Shown here piece after piece: positions 20,042 through 30,587 of a stretch of 64,000 nt of DNA (positions within the stretch are counted from its first letter, which is position 1; each line of letters starts with the position of its first letter). The notes under the pieces are model-generated. The model was not told where the DNA came from, made no database searches, and was given only the letters and a program-made list of their open reading frames with translations. The stretch covers positions 256,001-320,000 of the forward strand of contig CAWCNY010000004.1 of NCBI GenBank assembly GCA_963797095.1, written 5' to 3'. The stretch comes from an uncultured Chloroflexia bacterium (GTDB taxonomy: Bacteria; Chloroflexota; Chloroflexia; QHBQ01; JADMIH01). The translations under genes were made by a program, and so were the position numbers.

Positions 20042-21200
20042 CTCACCTTACGCAGCCGAGGGGCTGCATGGTAGACTAAAGGGATGACGAACAAGGAACT
20101 GCTTGATCTGTGCACTGACTACCTGATAAGCTCTTCTGGCCAGACCACAGGCACGGGCTTGAGTGCATTGCTGGGTGGGAGCGTCAGCCATGACCGCATT
20201 CAACGCTTCCTCTCCAAGGGAGAGTTCACCTCCGCTGATCTGTGGCATTTTGTCAAGCCTCATGTGCGAGCCGTTGAACAGGAAGAGGGGTGCATCATCG
20301 TGGACGACTCCATCTCCGAGAAGCCATACACCGATGAGAACGACATCATCGCCTGGCATTATGACCACTCCAAAGGCACTAAGGCACTAAGGCACTACCG
20401 TAAAGGGCATAAATGTCCTCTCGGCCTTGTACCATGTGCCCCAGTTGGAGGTATCGTTGCCTGTTGGTTTTCGGTTGGTAAGAAAGACTGAGCAGTATGT
20501 GGACCCTAAAGACGGCAAGACCAAGCGGCGCGATCGGGTCAGCAAGAACGAGCACTATCAGGCGTTGTTGCGGCAAGCTAAGCACAACGGAGTGCTGTTC
20601 CGCTTCGTGCTCAACTTCGTGCTCAACGATGTGTGGTATGCCTCGGCTGACAACATGCGCTTCGTCAAGACAGAGTTGGAGCGGGACTTCATCATGCCCC
20701 TCAAGACCAACCGCAAGGTAGCTCTGAGTGAGGGGGACAAGAGGCAGGGTCGGTACATGCGTGTGGACAGTGTGCCGCTAGACGGGTGAGGTGCGGACGG
20801 TCTATCTTGAAGGAGTAGACTTCCCCTTGGCACTGTGTAAGCAACTCTTCGTAAACGAAGATGGTAGCCAAGCCACCCAGTATCTGGTGTGCTCGGATGT
20901 GACATGCACCCTCGACCACCGCCAAATCACCACAATCTATCAGAGACGGTGGAACGTGGAAGAGTACCACAAATCGCTCAAGCAGAACGCCTCTTTGGAG
21001 CGCTCGCCGACCAAACGGTGTGCACCCAGACCAACCATCTGTTTGCCTCTTTGTGTGGCTATGTCAAACTTGAACTGTTGAAAGTGTCCAACCATCTCAA
21101 CCACTTTGCTGTCAAGAGCGCTATCTACTTGCGTGCCATGCAGGTTGCCTTCGATGCCTTCCGTCGCCTCCAACCTGTTCGCCTGGCTGCGTAAGGTGAG
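20042..21200 (+). mobile_element. IS701-like insertion sequence with frameshifted DDE transposase
   Basis: Perfect 16-bp TIR CTCACCTTACGCAGCC (20042-20057 / 21185-21200). 7-bp flanking direct repeat TTACCAG (20035-41, 21201-07). Fragments DYLISS...HDRIQRFL, IVDDSISEKPY, DVWY, YQRRWNVEEYHKSLKQN. Confidence 0.9.
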
Positions 21201-21736
21201 TTACCAGAAATTGTAATTGCTTATTTACCTTCAGCATCAGGCAAATGTGGTTATCCCGGTGGTCCACCTTGCCCTGCACAACCCTGGCCATAGATATGCG
21301 TAATACGAAATCTGATCGTGATCTCCCTTTACGTGATCTCCCTTTATTTGAGGACAAGAATGTTTGTGAGACACATTCATCGAAACCGCTTTGCACCCCT
21401 TGGTCTCTTGATTGGTGCTGTTGGGGTACTCACCCTTGTTAGCTGTGGTGGAGCACTCCCGCCCTTACTTGCCACCGGTTTTGAATGGCCTCGTACAAGG
21501 CAATCGTAAGCAAAGCACAACCAATACAACCAAAAGGAAAAGGGTGCATTGGGACCCAAACCCCTACTGCACCCTATTTCCCATACCCACCACCCAATAA
21601 GCAATACGAAATACGCAGTACGCAATACGCAATCCCAACGTCCCTTTGTGCCCTTCGTCCTCCTTCGCCTCTTCGTGAACCAAAACCCGGAACAACCTCA
21701 GCGCTCTCTGCGTCTCTGCGGTGAAACAAATTGGAT

Positions 21737-22528
21737 CTACTTCCGGAACAAACTCTTAATAGCGTAAATATTCACCTGCCGGTTCATCTCAGCAATCAAC
21801 TCCGTCAGCGGTATCCCCTTCGGGCACACCCGCACGCAGTTCTGGTCGTTCCCGCAATAAGCGATCCCGCCCTCGCCCAGCAGCGCCTCCAGCCTCTCCT
21901 CCGCGTGCATCTGCCCCGTTGGGTGACTGTTGTGCAGCCTCGCCTGGTTGATAGCCGCGGGCCCAATAAACGGCAAATCCTCGTTGAAGTTCGGGCAAGC
22001 CTCCATACAAGCCGTACACGCCATGCACGTGCTCAGCACATACGACACCTGCCGGTCGCTCTCGTTCATCTTCGGCCCCGGCCCCAGGTCATAAGTCCCA
22101 TCTATAGGCACCCACGCCCTCACCCGCTTGAACGCCTCGAACACCCGCGTCCTATCCACGATCAAATCCCTCACCACCGGGAACGAAGTCAGCGGCTCGA
22201 TAGTAATGGGCTGCGCCAGCTTATCCACCAGCGCCGAGCAAGCCTGCCTCACCTTGCTGTTGATCACCATAGTGCAGGCCCCGCACACCTCTTCCAGGCA
22301 GTTGCTCTCCCACACCACCGCATCCGTCGCCTTTCCCTCAGCCGTCACCGGGTTCCGCTGGATCGCCATCAAGCACCCGATCACATTCATCCCCGGTCGC
22401 CACTCAATCTCGAACTCCTCCCACCGCTGGTTCATATCAGGCTCGCCCTTCGGCTTGTCCTGCCTCAAAATCCTGACCCGTATCGTCCGCGTGGCCTTCC
22501 CGCTCGCGCTCTCAGTAGATGATTGCAT
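21737..22528 (-). CDS. sdhB: Succinate dehydrogenase iron-sulfur subunit
   Basis: CLEEVCGAC, CMACTACMEACP, CGNDQNCVRVCP. ATG at 22528. Confidence 0.95.
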   Translation of the reverse strand: MQSSTESASGKATRTIRVRILRQDKPKGEPDMNQRWEEFEIEWRPGMNVIGCLMAIQRNPVTAEGKATDAVVWESNCLEEVCGACTMVINSKVRQACSALVDKLAQPITIEPLTSFPVVRDLIVDRTRVFEAFKRVRAWVPIDGTYDLGPGPKMNESDRQVSYVLSTCMACTACMEACPNFNEDLPFIGPAAINQARLHNSHPTGQMHAEERLEALLGEGGIAYCGNDQNCVRVCPKGIPLTELIAEMNRQVNIYAIKSLFRK

Positions 22529-22538
22529 GGTCGCTCCC

Positions 22539-24365
22539 CTACCCTTCCTTCCGAGCAGCCGTAGATGTCGCGCTCTCGCCGGCTGGCTTGGCGGGTGTTG
22601 TTGCCTCCGCCTTATCCACATCATACCGTCTCGGCCTCGGCTTGATGTACTGAATGTCCACGTCCTCGTACGAAATCTCGGGCGCGGCTTCCGGCCCTTC
22701 ATATCTCGCCAGCGTCGTCTTCAAGAACCGCCCATCATCCCTCTCAGGGAAGTCCGGCTTATAGTGCGCTCCCCGGCTCTCGTCCCGCAGCAGCGCCCCG
22801 ATTGTGACCACCCGCGCCAGCACCAGCATATTCCACAACTGCCGCGTGAAGAACAACGCCTGGTTGCTCCACCCCGAATGGTCCGGCACTCCCACGTTCT
22901 TGTAGCGCGTCATAAGCTCCTGCAACTTCGCATCCGTCTCGCGCAGCCTGTCGTTGTACCTCACCACCGTCACGTTGTCCGTCATCATATTGCCCATCTC
23001 AAGCCACAGCGAATACGGGTTCTCCTTACCGTCCGCCTTCACCACCCCTTCATACCGCTCCGTCTGCCGCGCCACCTCTCGCCTGAACGGCTCCTCGCCC
23101 ACCGACCCCGCCGACTTCGCGCTGTTCTGCGCATAGCTGATCGCCGCAGGCCCCGCGATGTACAACCCACCATGTATGCACGACAGCAGCGAGTTAGCCC
23201 CAAGCCTGTTCGCCCCGTGGTAGTTGTAATCCACCTCCCCCGCCGCGAACAGCCCCGGTATGCTCGTCATGTTGGTAAACTGGTCGGTCCACAGCCCGCC
23301 CATGCTGTAGTGCACCCCAGGGAAAATGCGCATCGGCACCTTGGTCGGGTCATCCCCCACGAACTTCCGGTAGATCTCGATCACCCCTCCAAGCTTCACT
23401 TCCAGCATGTGCGGGTCCAGGTGCGATATGTCAAGGAACACCTGGTTCTGCCCGTCCACCCCCAGCTTCTGCCTCACGCACACGTCGAAGATCGCCCGCG
23501 TGGCGATGTCTCGCGGCACCAGGTTCCCGTAGGCAGGATACATCTCCTCAAGGAAGTACCAGGGCTTGCCGTCCTTGTAGGTCCAAACGCGCCCACCCTC
23601 GCCCCTGATCAACTCCGACATCAGCCGCAGCTTGTCCTCGCCCGGTATCGCCGTCGGGTGCACCTGTATGAACTCCCCGTTAGCGTACAACGCCCCCTGC
23701 TGGTACACAGCCGAGGCCGCCGTCCCCGTGTTGATCATCGAGTTGGTCGACCGTCCGAAGATCAGCCCCGGCCCGCCCGTAGCCAGGATCACCGCATCCG
23801 CCTTGAACGCCCTGATCTCCATAGTCTTCATATCCTGCGCCACGATCCCCCGGCAGATGTTGTCGTCGTCCAGCGCCGCCGACAGGAACTCCCAGTTCTC
23901 GAACTTGCGCACCTTGTCCTCGACCTCATATCGCCTAACCTGCTCGTCCAGCGCATACAGCAGTTGCTGTCCGGTCGTCGCTCCCGCATAGGCCGTCCTG
24001 TGGTGCAGCGTCCCACCAAATCTCCTGAAATCGAGGTTCCCCTCAGGCGTCCGGTTGAACATCACCCCCATACGGTCCAGCATGAAGATGATCCCCGGCC
24101 CCTTCTCGCACATGTCCTTCACGATCGACTGGTTAGCCAGGAAGTCGCCGCCATAGATCGTATCGTCAAAGTGGATCGTGGGCGAATCGCCTTCCCCCTT
24201 GGTGTTCACCGCAGCGTTGATTCCACCCTGCGCGCACACCGAGTGCGACCGCCGCACAGGCACAATCGAGAAGAGGTCAACGTCCACCCCCTTCTCAGCG
24301 ATCTTGATAGTAGCCGCCAATCCGGCCAACCCACCGCCAACAACGATAACCTTAGGACCGGCCAT
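22539..24365 (-). CDS. sdhA: Succinate dehydrogenase flavoprotein (Bacillus-type)
   Basis: GGGLAG, RSHSVCAQGGIN, QVHPT, HYSMGG, HGANRLGANSL, ESRGAH. Confidence 0.97.
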   Translation of the reverse strand: MAGPKVIVVGGGLAGLAATIKIAEKGVDVDLFSIVPVRRSHSVCAQGGINAAVNTKGEGDSPTIHFDDTIYGGDFLANQSIVKDMCEKGPGIIFMLDRMGVMFNRTPEGNLDFRRFGGTLHHRTAYAGATTGQQLLYALDEQVRRYEVEDKVRKFENWEFLSAALDDDNICRGIVAQDMKTMEIRAFKADAVILATGGPGLIFGRSTNSMINTGTAASAVYQQGALYANGEFIQVHPTAIPGEDKLRLMSELIRGEGGRVWTYKDGKPWYFLEEMYPAYGNLVPRDIATRAIFDVCVRQKLGVDGQNQVFLDISHLDPHMLEVKLGGVIEIYRKFVGDDPTKVPMRIFPGVHYSMGGLWTDQFTNMTSIPGLFAAGEVDYNYHGANRLGANSLLSCIHGGLYIAGPAAISYAQNSAKSAGSVGEEPFRREVARQTERYEGVVKADGKENPYSLWLEMGNMMTDNVTVVRYNDRLRETDAKLQELMTRYKNVGVPDHSGWSNQALFFTRQLWNMLVLARVVTIGALLRDESRGAHYKPDFPERDDGRFLKTTLARYEGPEAAPEISYEDVDIQYIKPRPRRYDVDKAEATTPAKPAGESATSTAARKEG

Positions 24366-24400
24366 ATATGCTCCTTAATTTGGACCTGGTGAAGTCCAAC

Positions 24401-25105
24401 TTACCTGAACCACCATACCAACCCGCCTGCCTGCACCACGAACGCAATCGCGATAGCCACACCCACCAAACTTACGAGAATCGAAATAGCCGTAGTGATA
24501 TACTGTGAGATCTGCTGTGCCCGCTTCCCAATAGTGATCCCCCATGTGATCAGGAAGGTCCAGATTCCGTTCCCCAGGTGGAATCCAGCCGACACAACAC
24601 CAATGATGTAGAACACGAATACAGGGAACTGCGATATCACGAACGCAACCGAATCAGTGTCCGAGTGCACGCTCCTGAAAGCCGTAAATCTGAAGCTCCA
24701 GACGTGATACAGGATGAACAGGAAGAGCACTATGCCCGTAAACCGCTGCCACATGAACAGGTTGTTGCGCCCGTAGTTGTACGACATAGTGTTGTTCCGC
24801 GCATATGATGCAATGAACAGGCCATACAGCGCATGGTAGAGTAGCGGTATGAAGATTACGGCTATCTCAAGCAGTTCAAGATAGCGGATATCCCTCGCCT
24901 CAGTCGCCATCGTGTCATAAGCCTGCGCGCCGTAGAAGATAGCTCCATTCTCATAGAAGTGGAACAACAAAAAGCCGCCAACAGGCACAATACCGGATAG
25001 TGAATGGAGGCGGCGTAAGACGAAGTGGTTGCGCTCGATCCAACGCTGAAAGCCGCTCTTGGCTGGCTGGTCGGTGCGCGGTGAGGGGGCAGTTGCAGTT
25101 GCCAA
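24401..25105 (-). CDS. sdhC: Succinate dehydrogenase cytochrome b558 subunit
   Basis: RRLHSLSGIVPVGGFLLFH, five TM segments, FHLGNGIWTFLITWGI. Confidence 0.93.
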   Translation of the reverse strand: MATATAPSPRTDQPAKSGFQRWIERNHFVLRRLHSLSGIVPVGGFLLFHFYENGAIFYGAQAYDTMATEARDIRYLELLEIAVIFIPLLYHALYGLFIASYARNNTMSYNYGRNNLFMWQRFTGIVLFLFILYHVWSFRFTAFRSVHSDTDSVAFVISQFPVFVFYIIGVVSAGFHLGNGIWTFLITWGITIGKRAQQISQYITTAISILVSLVGVAIAIAFVVQAGGLVWWFR

Positions 25106-25216
25106 TCGATGGCCTCCTGAAAATGGGCGATCCCGCTATCGCCGTGTTGAGCCACGCGTGCTGAATACGCACGCTCATAGTAATTGTACATCAAACCGCC
25201 CGATTTGAGAAGGAAC

Positions 25217-26184
25217 TCAACGACCGCGACCTCCCCACAACGGCACAAGGCAAGGCCGCATCACAGGACCATTCCTCGCTGGCAGACATTCTCCGTATGT
25301 ATCGACTATGTAGCCGTTGCTGTTGATGAACTTGTACGCGATAGTCTGATTCGTCGCTTCCACCAGCATCGCGCCATTGTCTGCGTTGTACCTGGCCCTG
25401 CTTCCGGTAATGGGCGTGTGAAAGCCGTACAGCCTGTTACCCCCGCTCCATTCACGAAGTAAGGCAGACCATCGACTAATATTCGTTCGTAATCGGGGTC
25501 ATGCCCGCTCATCACCACCGAAGCGCCCCACTCGGCAAAAGGCCACTGCATCGTCGCGTTATTCCCGTGGTCACCCGAAGAGTACGCAGCCTCGTGAAAG
25601 TAAACCACTCGCCGGGGCGATCCGGAAGTCGCGAGTTGCATCTGGAGCCACTGCCCTTGCGCAGAACCGGCAGTATTCCCGTCGGGTTCCTGCTCATCGC
25701 TATCCAGAGCAAAGAAGTCCACAGATCCGCGCACAAATTCGTAGTAGCGTTCGTTGCCCGGCGGCGTGAAGTAGTCTAAATAAGGCGAGGCCCTATCACT
25801 ATCCCAATCGTGATTCCCCAGTGACGGGAAGAACCGGTTCACATCCGCTCCACGCCCATATTGCCCCCTATAAGGCGCAATGAACTCATGGTAAAACTGC
25901 CCGATGTTTTCGTCAATCGTAGAAGCTGCGCCATCTGGATAGTTGTTGTCCCCCAGCGCAATCACAAGATCAGGGTCCCATGACTTCACCAGCGCCGCCA
26001 CCTTGGCCTCAGGGTTGTCAGCAATCCCGTAATCACCTATGACGGCAAACCGTAGCGCATCCGATTGACCAATCGCACCCTGAGGCGTATTGGCAAGGAA
26101 GAATACGCTTATGAGCAGCGCCAACAGCAGTTCGGCACAAACGACCACAGGTCGACATCGCTTGTGGTCGAGACATGACAGCAT
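25217..26184 (-). CDS. Secreted metallophosphoesterase, with a 1-nt frameshift in a G5 run at 25440-25444
   Basis: GDYG, LGDNNY, LGNHD, SGHD. Adding one G gives FVNGAGGNRLYGF...GAMLVEA, ending at TGA 25217. Confidence 0.8.
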
Positions 26185-26211
26185 AGTGTTGGGGTTAAGT
26201 AGTCCAGCCGA

Positions 26212-26790
26212 TCAGGGCTGAGCGTTGGCCGCATTGATCAGTTGCGCCGCCTCGGTCGCCCAATCCGAGCCGGGGGCTAGTTGTATTACCTTGTTCCACT
26301 CAGCGACTGCAGCCGCCGTCTGGGGCGGATTAACCTTGCTCAGTGACAGGCCGAGCAGCAAGTGTATCTCCGGGCTGTCGGGTTGCAACGCGACCGCATC
26401 CTGCAAGGTCTTGACGGCGTCATCGAACATCAGTTGGTAGATATAGGTCCCCGCCAGCTTCACAAGCAGGTCGTAATCGTGAGGCGATAACCGCGCCGCG
26501 CTCTCGTAATTGACCATCGCTTGCGGGTACTGCCCCATCTTGTAGTAAAGGTCGGCCAGGTCGCGGGTGCATTGCAGGTCATCGGGGTTCGCAGCCACAC
26601 ACGTCTGCAAGTCAGCCAACTGTGCGATTTCAGGGTCGGGCCCCACCGTCGGCTCAGCAGTGGGCGCAGCGATTATCCGGTCCTGTGGGCTGTTCTTCCC
26701 CGTTACATTGTCATACACCTGTATGACAGCCATCACCATCAGCACCCAGCCCATGAACAGCACGATTATGCGCTTACCAAGTGGATTCAA
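26212..26790 (-). CDS. Membrane-anchored TPR protein
   Basis: N-terminal TM segment and three to four TPR-like helical pairs (LADLYYKMGQYPQA, LQPDSPEIHLLLG). Confidence 0.8.
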   Translation of the reverse strand: MNPLGKRIIVLFMGWVLMVMAVIQVYDNVTGKNSPQDRIIAAPTAEPTVGPDPEIAQLADLQTCVAANPDDLQCTRDLADLYYKMGQYPQAMVNYESAARLSPHDYDLLVKLAGTYIYQLMFDDAVKTLQDAVALQPDSPEIHLLLGLSLSKVNPPQTAAAVAEWNKVIQLAPGSDWATEAAQLINAANAQP

Positions 26791-26791
26791 A

Positions 26792-27316
26792 TCAACCTCG
26801 CGTCGCCGCCTGTATCATCCGGGCGGCGCGCTCGCTCGCTTCGGAGATTAGCTCATTGAGTCGTGCGATCTCGCCCTGAACGTCTACCACCTCAAACTGA
26901 ACTGTACGGATATCCTCTATTGGACGCTCCATCTCGCCCGCGACGGCTGTCATCTGTCCGGAGAACAACTCTAGCCTGGACGATAGCTCGCGCTGGCGCA
27001 ACTCAAGCTCCGCCAGTTGCGAGCGAGCGTCCGCTACTTGCCTGGTCAACTTCAGCACGTCCAATTCTGTCATAGCACGACTTTCAATCATCTTCAGGTG
27101 CGTCGCCGTCTGCAATACTTCATTCAGTTTGCCTTGCACCTCTGCCATCAGCGAAAGCGCATTCGCAACATCTCCCTCGCGATAAACCACAAAGTCTACT
27201 ATCCGCGACAGTTGTGCCCGGTACTGGCCTTCTATTTCGGCCAGTTGGCCTTGCTTGCTCTTAATATCGGCCAGCAAGAGACGCAAGAGGCCGAGTCGTT
27301 TCTCCAGTTCTTGCAT
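26792..27316 (-). CDS. Hypothetical coiled-coil protein
   Basis: Heptad-rich helical ORF, tightly packed in the operon. Confidence 0.7.
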   Translation of the reverse strand: MQELEKRLGLLRLLLADIKSKQGQLAEIEGQYRAQLSRIVDFVVYREGDVANALSLMAEVQGKLNEVLQTATHLKMIESRAMTELDVLKLTRQVADARSQLAELELRQRELSSRLELFSGQMTAVAGEMERPIEDIRTVQFEVVDVQGEIARLNELISEASERAARMIQAATRG

Positions 27317-27379
27317 TCCGACTTTCTCCCATCGACCAGTATCATCCTGCCCTCATATTGAACCACAAAGTTACCTGAA

Positions 27380-27814
27380 TCACAAAGGCTGGCTCTCAAT
27401 GAGCCGCTTCAACCGTATCATGTCCTGCCCCAGCAGTCCACCCAGCAGCGCGTTCAAAAGCAAAGCCGGTACCCCATTCGCGTCAAGCGACAGATCCACC
27501 ATAGTTCCGGGCGTAGATTCGTGGGCGGTTAGCCGCAATTGCACAACCGCTCCGGGCTCGCCCTCCAGAACAAACCGCACAAGCCTGTAAGGAATCAACG
27601 TGTCTATGCGGAGATCCAATAGTCGCTTTTGTCCCAGGAAATCAGCCTCGGCTTTCCAGACCTGTCCCACGGACGGCTCGCCTTCCGGACCCGAAATCAC
27701 CCGCGTGATCGAGCTTATGTATCGAGGCGCGTTACGTGGATCGGCGACGTAACCAAACACCTGCTTCACTGGCACATTGATGCCTATCTGCTTCCTGATC
27801 TCCCCCAAAGCCAC
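27380..27814 (-). CDS. SRPBCC (START/polyketide cyclase-like) family protein
   Basis: INVPVKQVFGYVADPRNAPRY...RLKRLIE. AGGAGG RBS nearby. Confidence 0.8.
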   Translation of the reverse strand: MALGEIRKQIGINVPVKQVFGYVADPRNAPRYISSITRVISGPEGEPSVGQVWKAEADFLGQKRLLDLRIDTLIPYRLVRFVLEGEPGAVVQLRLTAHESTPGTMVDLSLDANGVPALLLNALLGGLLGQDMIRLKRLIESQPL

Positions 27815-27864
27815 CTCCTATGCGATAATAGCTGTCATCAATTTCGTTACCTGCTGAAGCATGC

Positions 27865-28539
27865 TCATCTCCGCGCCCACCTCTTCCAAACGTCAGCGAG
27901 CTCAGGCACATCCAGAAACCTGAGGAACTCGTCCCGATCCCGGTGATAGATGAGCGCCACGTCCACAACAGTCAGTCCATGCGCTGGTCGATACACCACA
28001 TTCAGTTCATCTCCTGCCTCAATCTCACCTTCCGAAACAATCCGCAGATAAGCACCTGGCCGCCCTGCATCGCTGAACTGCTCCGGGAATTCCGCATCGC
28101 CCGTACGTGCGGCCAACTTCCAACAAGGGATGCGCGGCTGCGAAACTTCAAAAAGTGCGCTCCCAATCTCCCACCTCTCGCCCACAACAGCGTTCGTCAC
28201 ATCGATCCCCGACAAGGTGACGTTGTCGCCGAATGTGCCTGGCTCCACTGGCCGTGCACGCGTTTCACTCCACCACGCCTCATCCTCTACGGCAAAGGAA
28301 TAGAGGGCCTTGTCCCGCCCGCCATGCACTTTGCGGTCATCCTGATCGTCGCCTACCACGTTGACGCCGAGCACGGCCACTTTGCCTATGAACGGGCTTT
28401 TCCAAATTGAAGTCAGTGCCGTTTGACCCAGCCAAAATACAGGTCGTGGTGTGCCGACATTGACAGACACTACTCCCCAGCTCAGACCAAGCTTCACTTG
28501 CTCTTCGATAGGCAACGAAGCCAACAATTCACCACTCAT
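27865..28539 (-). CDS. MOSC domain protein (YiiM-like)
   Basis: GDDQDDRKVHGG, GTFGDN, VSQPRIPCWKL, G.YLRI..G. Confidence 0.9.
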   Translation of the reverse strand: MSGELLASLPIEEQVKLGLSWGVVSVNVGTPRPVFWLGQTALTSIWKSPFIGKVAVLGVNVVGDDQDDRKVHGGRDKALYSFAVEDEAWWSETRARPVEPGTFGDNVTLSGIDVTNAVVGERWEIGSALFEVSQPRIPCWKLAARTGDAEFPEQFSDAGRPGAYLRIVSEGEIEAGDELNVVYRPAHGLTVVDVALIYHRDRDEFLRFLDVPELADVWKRWARR

Positions 28540-30362
28540 GCTTCGGTTTCCTGGGCAGCCTCTTTCTGGGTTGCCTCCGACTTTCGCTTCCCTCTTGTGT
28601 CACCCCTGCCCTGCATACTATGCAACTCGATGATCTCGTCTACCGTAGTTGCGTCCTCAGGCGTGCGCTCGCTTCGCTCCTTCACTATCCGGGGAAACCG
28701 CAGAGCATAACCTGGCCCATCATCCGTTCGCCCAGCCGGGTGCATTTGCGATCTGCTTACTTCATCAGCCTGCAACTCGACCACATATCGAGGCACAACC
28801 CACACATCGGGATTAATCACGCTCACCACGCGCGGGTCGCGGTGAGGCAGCCTATCCGCCTCCAGTCTTTTGCCTAGCTCCTGCCACCCCTGGTCCGACA
28901 GGCCACTTGCGACTCGCGTTACAGTGGGGAATGTATCGCTTAGCTTGTCATAAACCGACACCAGCAGCGATCCTATGCCCCAGGAAGCGCGCTTGCCTTT
29001 GCCATAATAGTAGCCCACGATAGCACAATCCACCGTATCACTCAACTGCTTGTTGTAGGAGCGCTTCATCTTGATCCAGTTGAAGCCGCGCCTTCCCGCG
29101 TCATACGTGCCTGTCAATCGCTTTGCAACGATCCCCTCAAGTCCATCAACAAGGCTATCTTCGTAGAACGTCACTATCTCGTCGGGGTCTTCTGTGATAA
29201 TCTTGGCAGACGGCTCAATTCCGCCCAGCCCTTCGCGAGGCGCGATTGCGGACTCCAAAAGCGCACGCCTTTCGAGGTAGGGCGCTTGGGTCAAGTCTTT
29301 TCCATTTATGAGCAGCAGGTCAAACGCCAGCAGCCTTAGGGGCAATGAAGCTCTCATCTCCTCGATGTTATGTATTCTCCGCCGTTGCGAGGTCACCTGG
29401 AATGGCTGGAATTGCCCCGTCTCCGGGTCATAAGCCAGGGCCTCCCCCTCCATAATCACGGTCGATGCTGCTACCTGCTTGTGTATTGCCTCCACAATAT
29501 CCGGGAACATTCCGCTCAGATTCTCCAGCCCTCTAGAGAAGATCGTGATCGAGTCGCCGTCCTTATGAATCTGCATCCGGAACCCATCAAACTTCGGCTC
29601 AACCGCGCACCGCCCGAGCCTCGCCAGGATCTCCTCCGCGCTATCGGCCCGCTCCGCCAGTGCCATCCGCACAGGATTTCCCACCTTCACCTGTATCCCG
29701 TCCAAAGCCTCGACCCCTGACTCATACAGAGTGTGGGCCACCAGCCCCAGGTCACTTGAAAGGTTGTAGGCGCGCTCCAGCGCAGGCCTCAAGGACTTGT
29801 CCCCTACTTTAGCTAGCGACAACGCGTCCATAAGCGTGGGATCGCCCACGCCCACCCGCAATCGTCCTACCACTATACGTGCCACATGCTTCGCCTCCAG
29901 CGGCGAAAGTCTCCCGAACAACGTCGCCAGTTGCGACACCTTCGACTCCTGACTCCCAGATCCAACCGTTTCAGTGATCTTCATCAGCGCATCATATACT
30001 TCCTGCAAACTGATATCTTGACCTTCCAGTTGCGGAAGAAAGCTGCCCCCTTGCCACTGTTGCGCGAACTGCTGCGCCACCAACCCTGCATCTCCAAGTT
30101 GCTTGGATCGCTCTACAACTTCCTCATGTGGTACGCTGTAAGCCTGGGCTACCGAACGGTAAATCAGCCGCTCGTTCATCCCGAATTCCTTCTGGATGAA
30201 GTCTGGCAGCAATCGGCCCTGGCTGAGATAGAGAAGCTCCCGTATGTCCTCTGGACCGGCTTGTTTGAGCATTTCGGCCAGCATGCCGATCATCTGCGTA
30301 CGCCCGGTCACAGGCTCCAGGGCTTCGAGTGTCTCAGCGAGAGTGCTGAAGGGCATAGACAT
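28536..30362 (-). CDS. ATP-dependent DNA ligase (full-length, archaeal/LigB-type)
   Basis: EPKFDGFR (motif I), EGE, FDLL, EGIVAK, WIKMK, LRFPR, plus an N-terminal DNA-binding domain. Confidence 0.95.
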   Translation of the reverse strand: MSMPFSTLAETLEALEPVTGRTQMIGMLAEMLKQAGPEDIRELLYLSQGRLLPDFIQKEFGMNERLIYRSVAQAYSVPHEEVVERSKQLGDAGLVAQQFAQQWQGGSFLPQLEGQDISLQEVYDALMKITETVGSGSQESKVSQLATLFGRLSPLEAKHVARIVVGRLRVGVGDPTLMDALSLAKVGDKSLRPALERAYNLSSDLGLVAHTLYESGVEALDGIQVKVGNPVRMALAERADSAEEILARLGRCAVEPKFDGFRMQIHKDGDSITIFSRGLENLSGMFPDIVEAIHKQVAASTVIMEGEALAYDPETGQFQPFQVTSQRRRIHNIEEMRASLPLRLLAFDLLLINGKDLTQAPYLERRALLESAIAPREGLGGIEPSAKIITEDPDEIVTFYEDSLVDGLEGIVAKRLTGTYDAGRRGFNWIKMKRSYNKQLSDTVDCAIVGYYYGKGKRASWGIGSLLVSVYDKLSDTFPTVTRVASGLSDQGWQELGKRLEADRLPHRDPRVVSVINPDVWVVPRYVVELQADEVSRSQMHPAGRTDDGPGYALRFPRIVKERSERTPEDATTVDEIIELHSMQGRGDTRGKRKSEATQKEAAQETEA

Positions 30363-30587
30363 AGCTGCGAGTGCTCCTCTCAGGGAAGATAGGCAACGCA
30401 CCCCGGACGGCAAGCCAACGCCGAAGCACGGTAGTACGATTATAAACGCGCCGGGATAGCGCGGCAAGATTTTGGGAAAGCGACGTGAAACATCACATCG
30501 GATTGGCTATAATCACATTAGGTGCTCCCTAAAGCACATGTACTTCCACGATAGCTGTCCTTCGACTTCCATAAGAGACATTGAGAA

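Noticed and set aside
21360-21509. Short ORF with a lipoprotein-like signal (LVSC)
   Set aside because: It ends about 20 codons after the Cys, beside an IS. Probably a truncated remnant, and it cannot be supported as a gene.
22128-24392. Long antisense ORFs (754 aa opposite sdhAB, and others such as 46435..47523 and 49757..50893)
   Set aside because: Shadow frames of GC-rich, codon-biased genes with no recognisable motifs.
30363-30587. tRNA-Sec (selC) near selB
   Set aside because: No cloverleaf, UCA anticodon arm or T-loop found here or in other intergenic regions I inspected.
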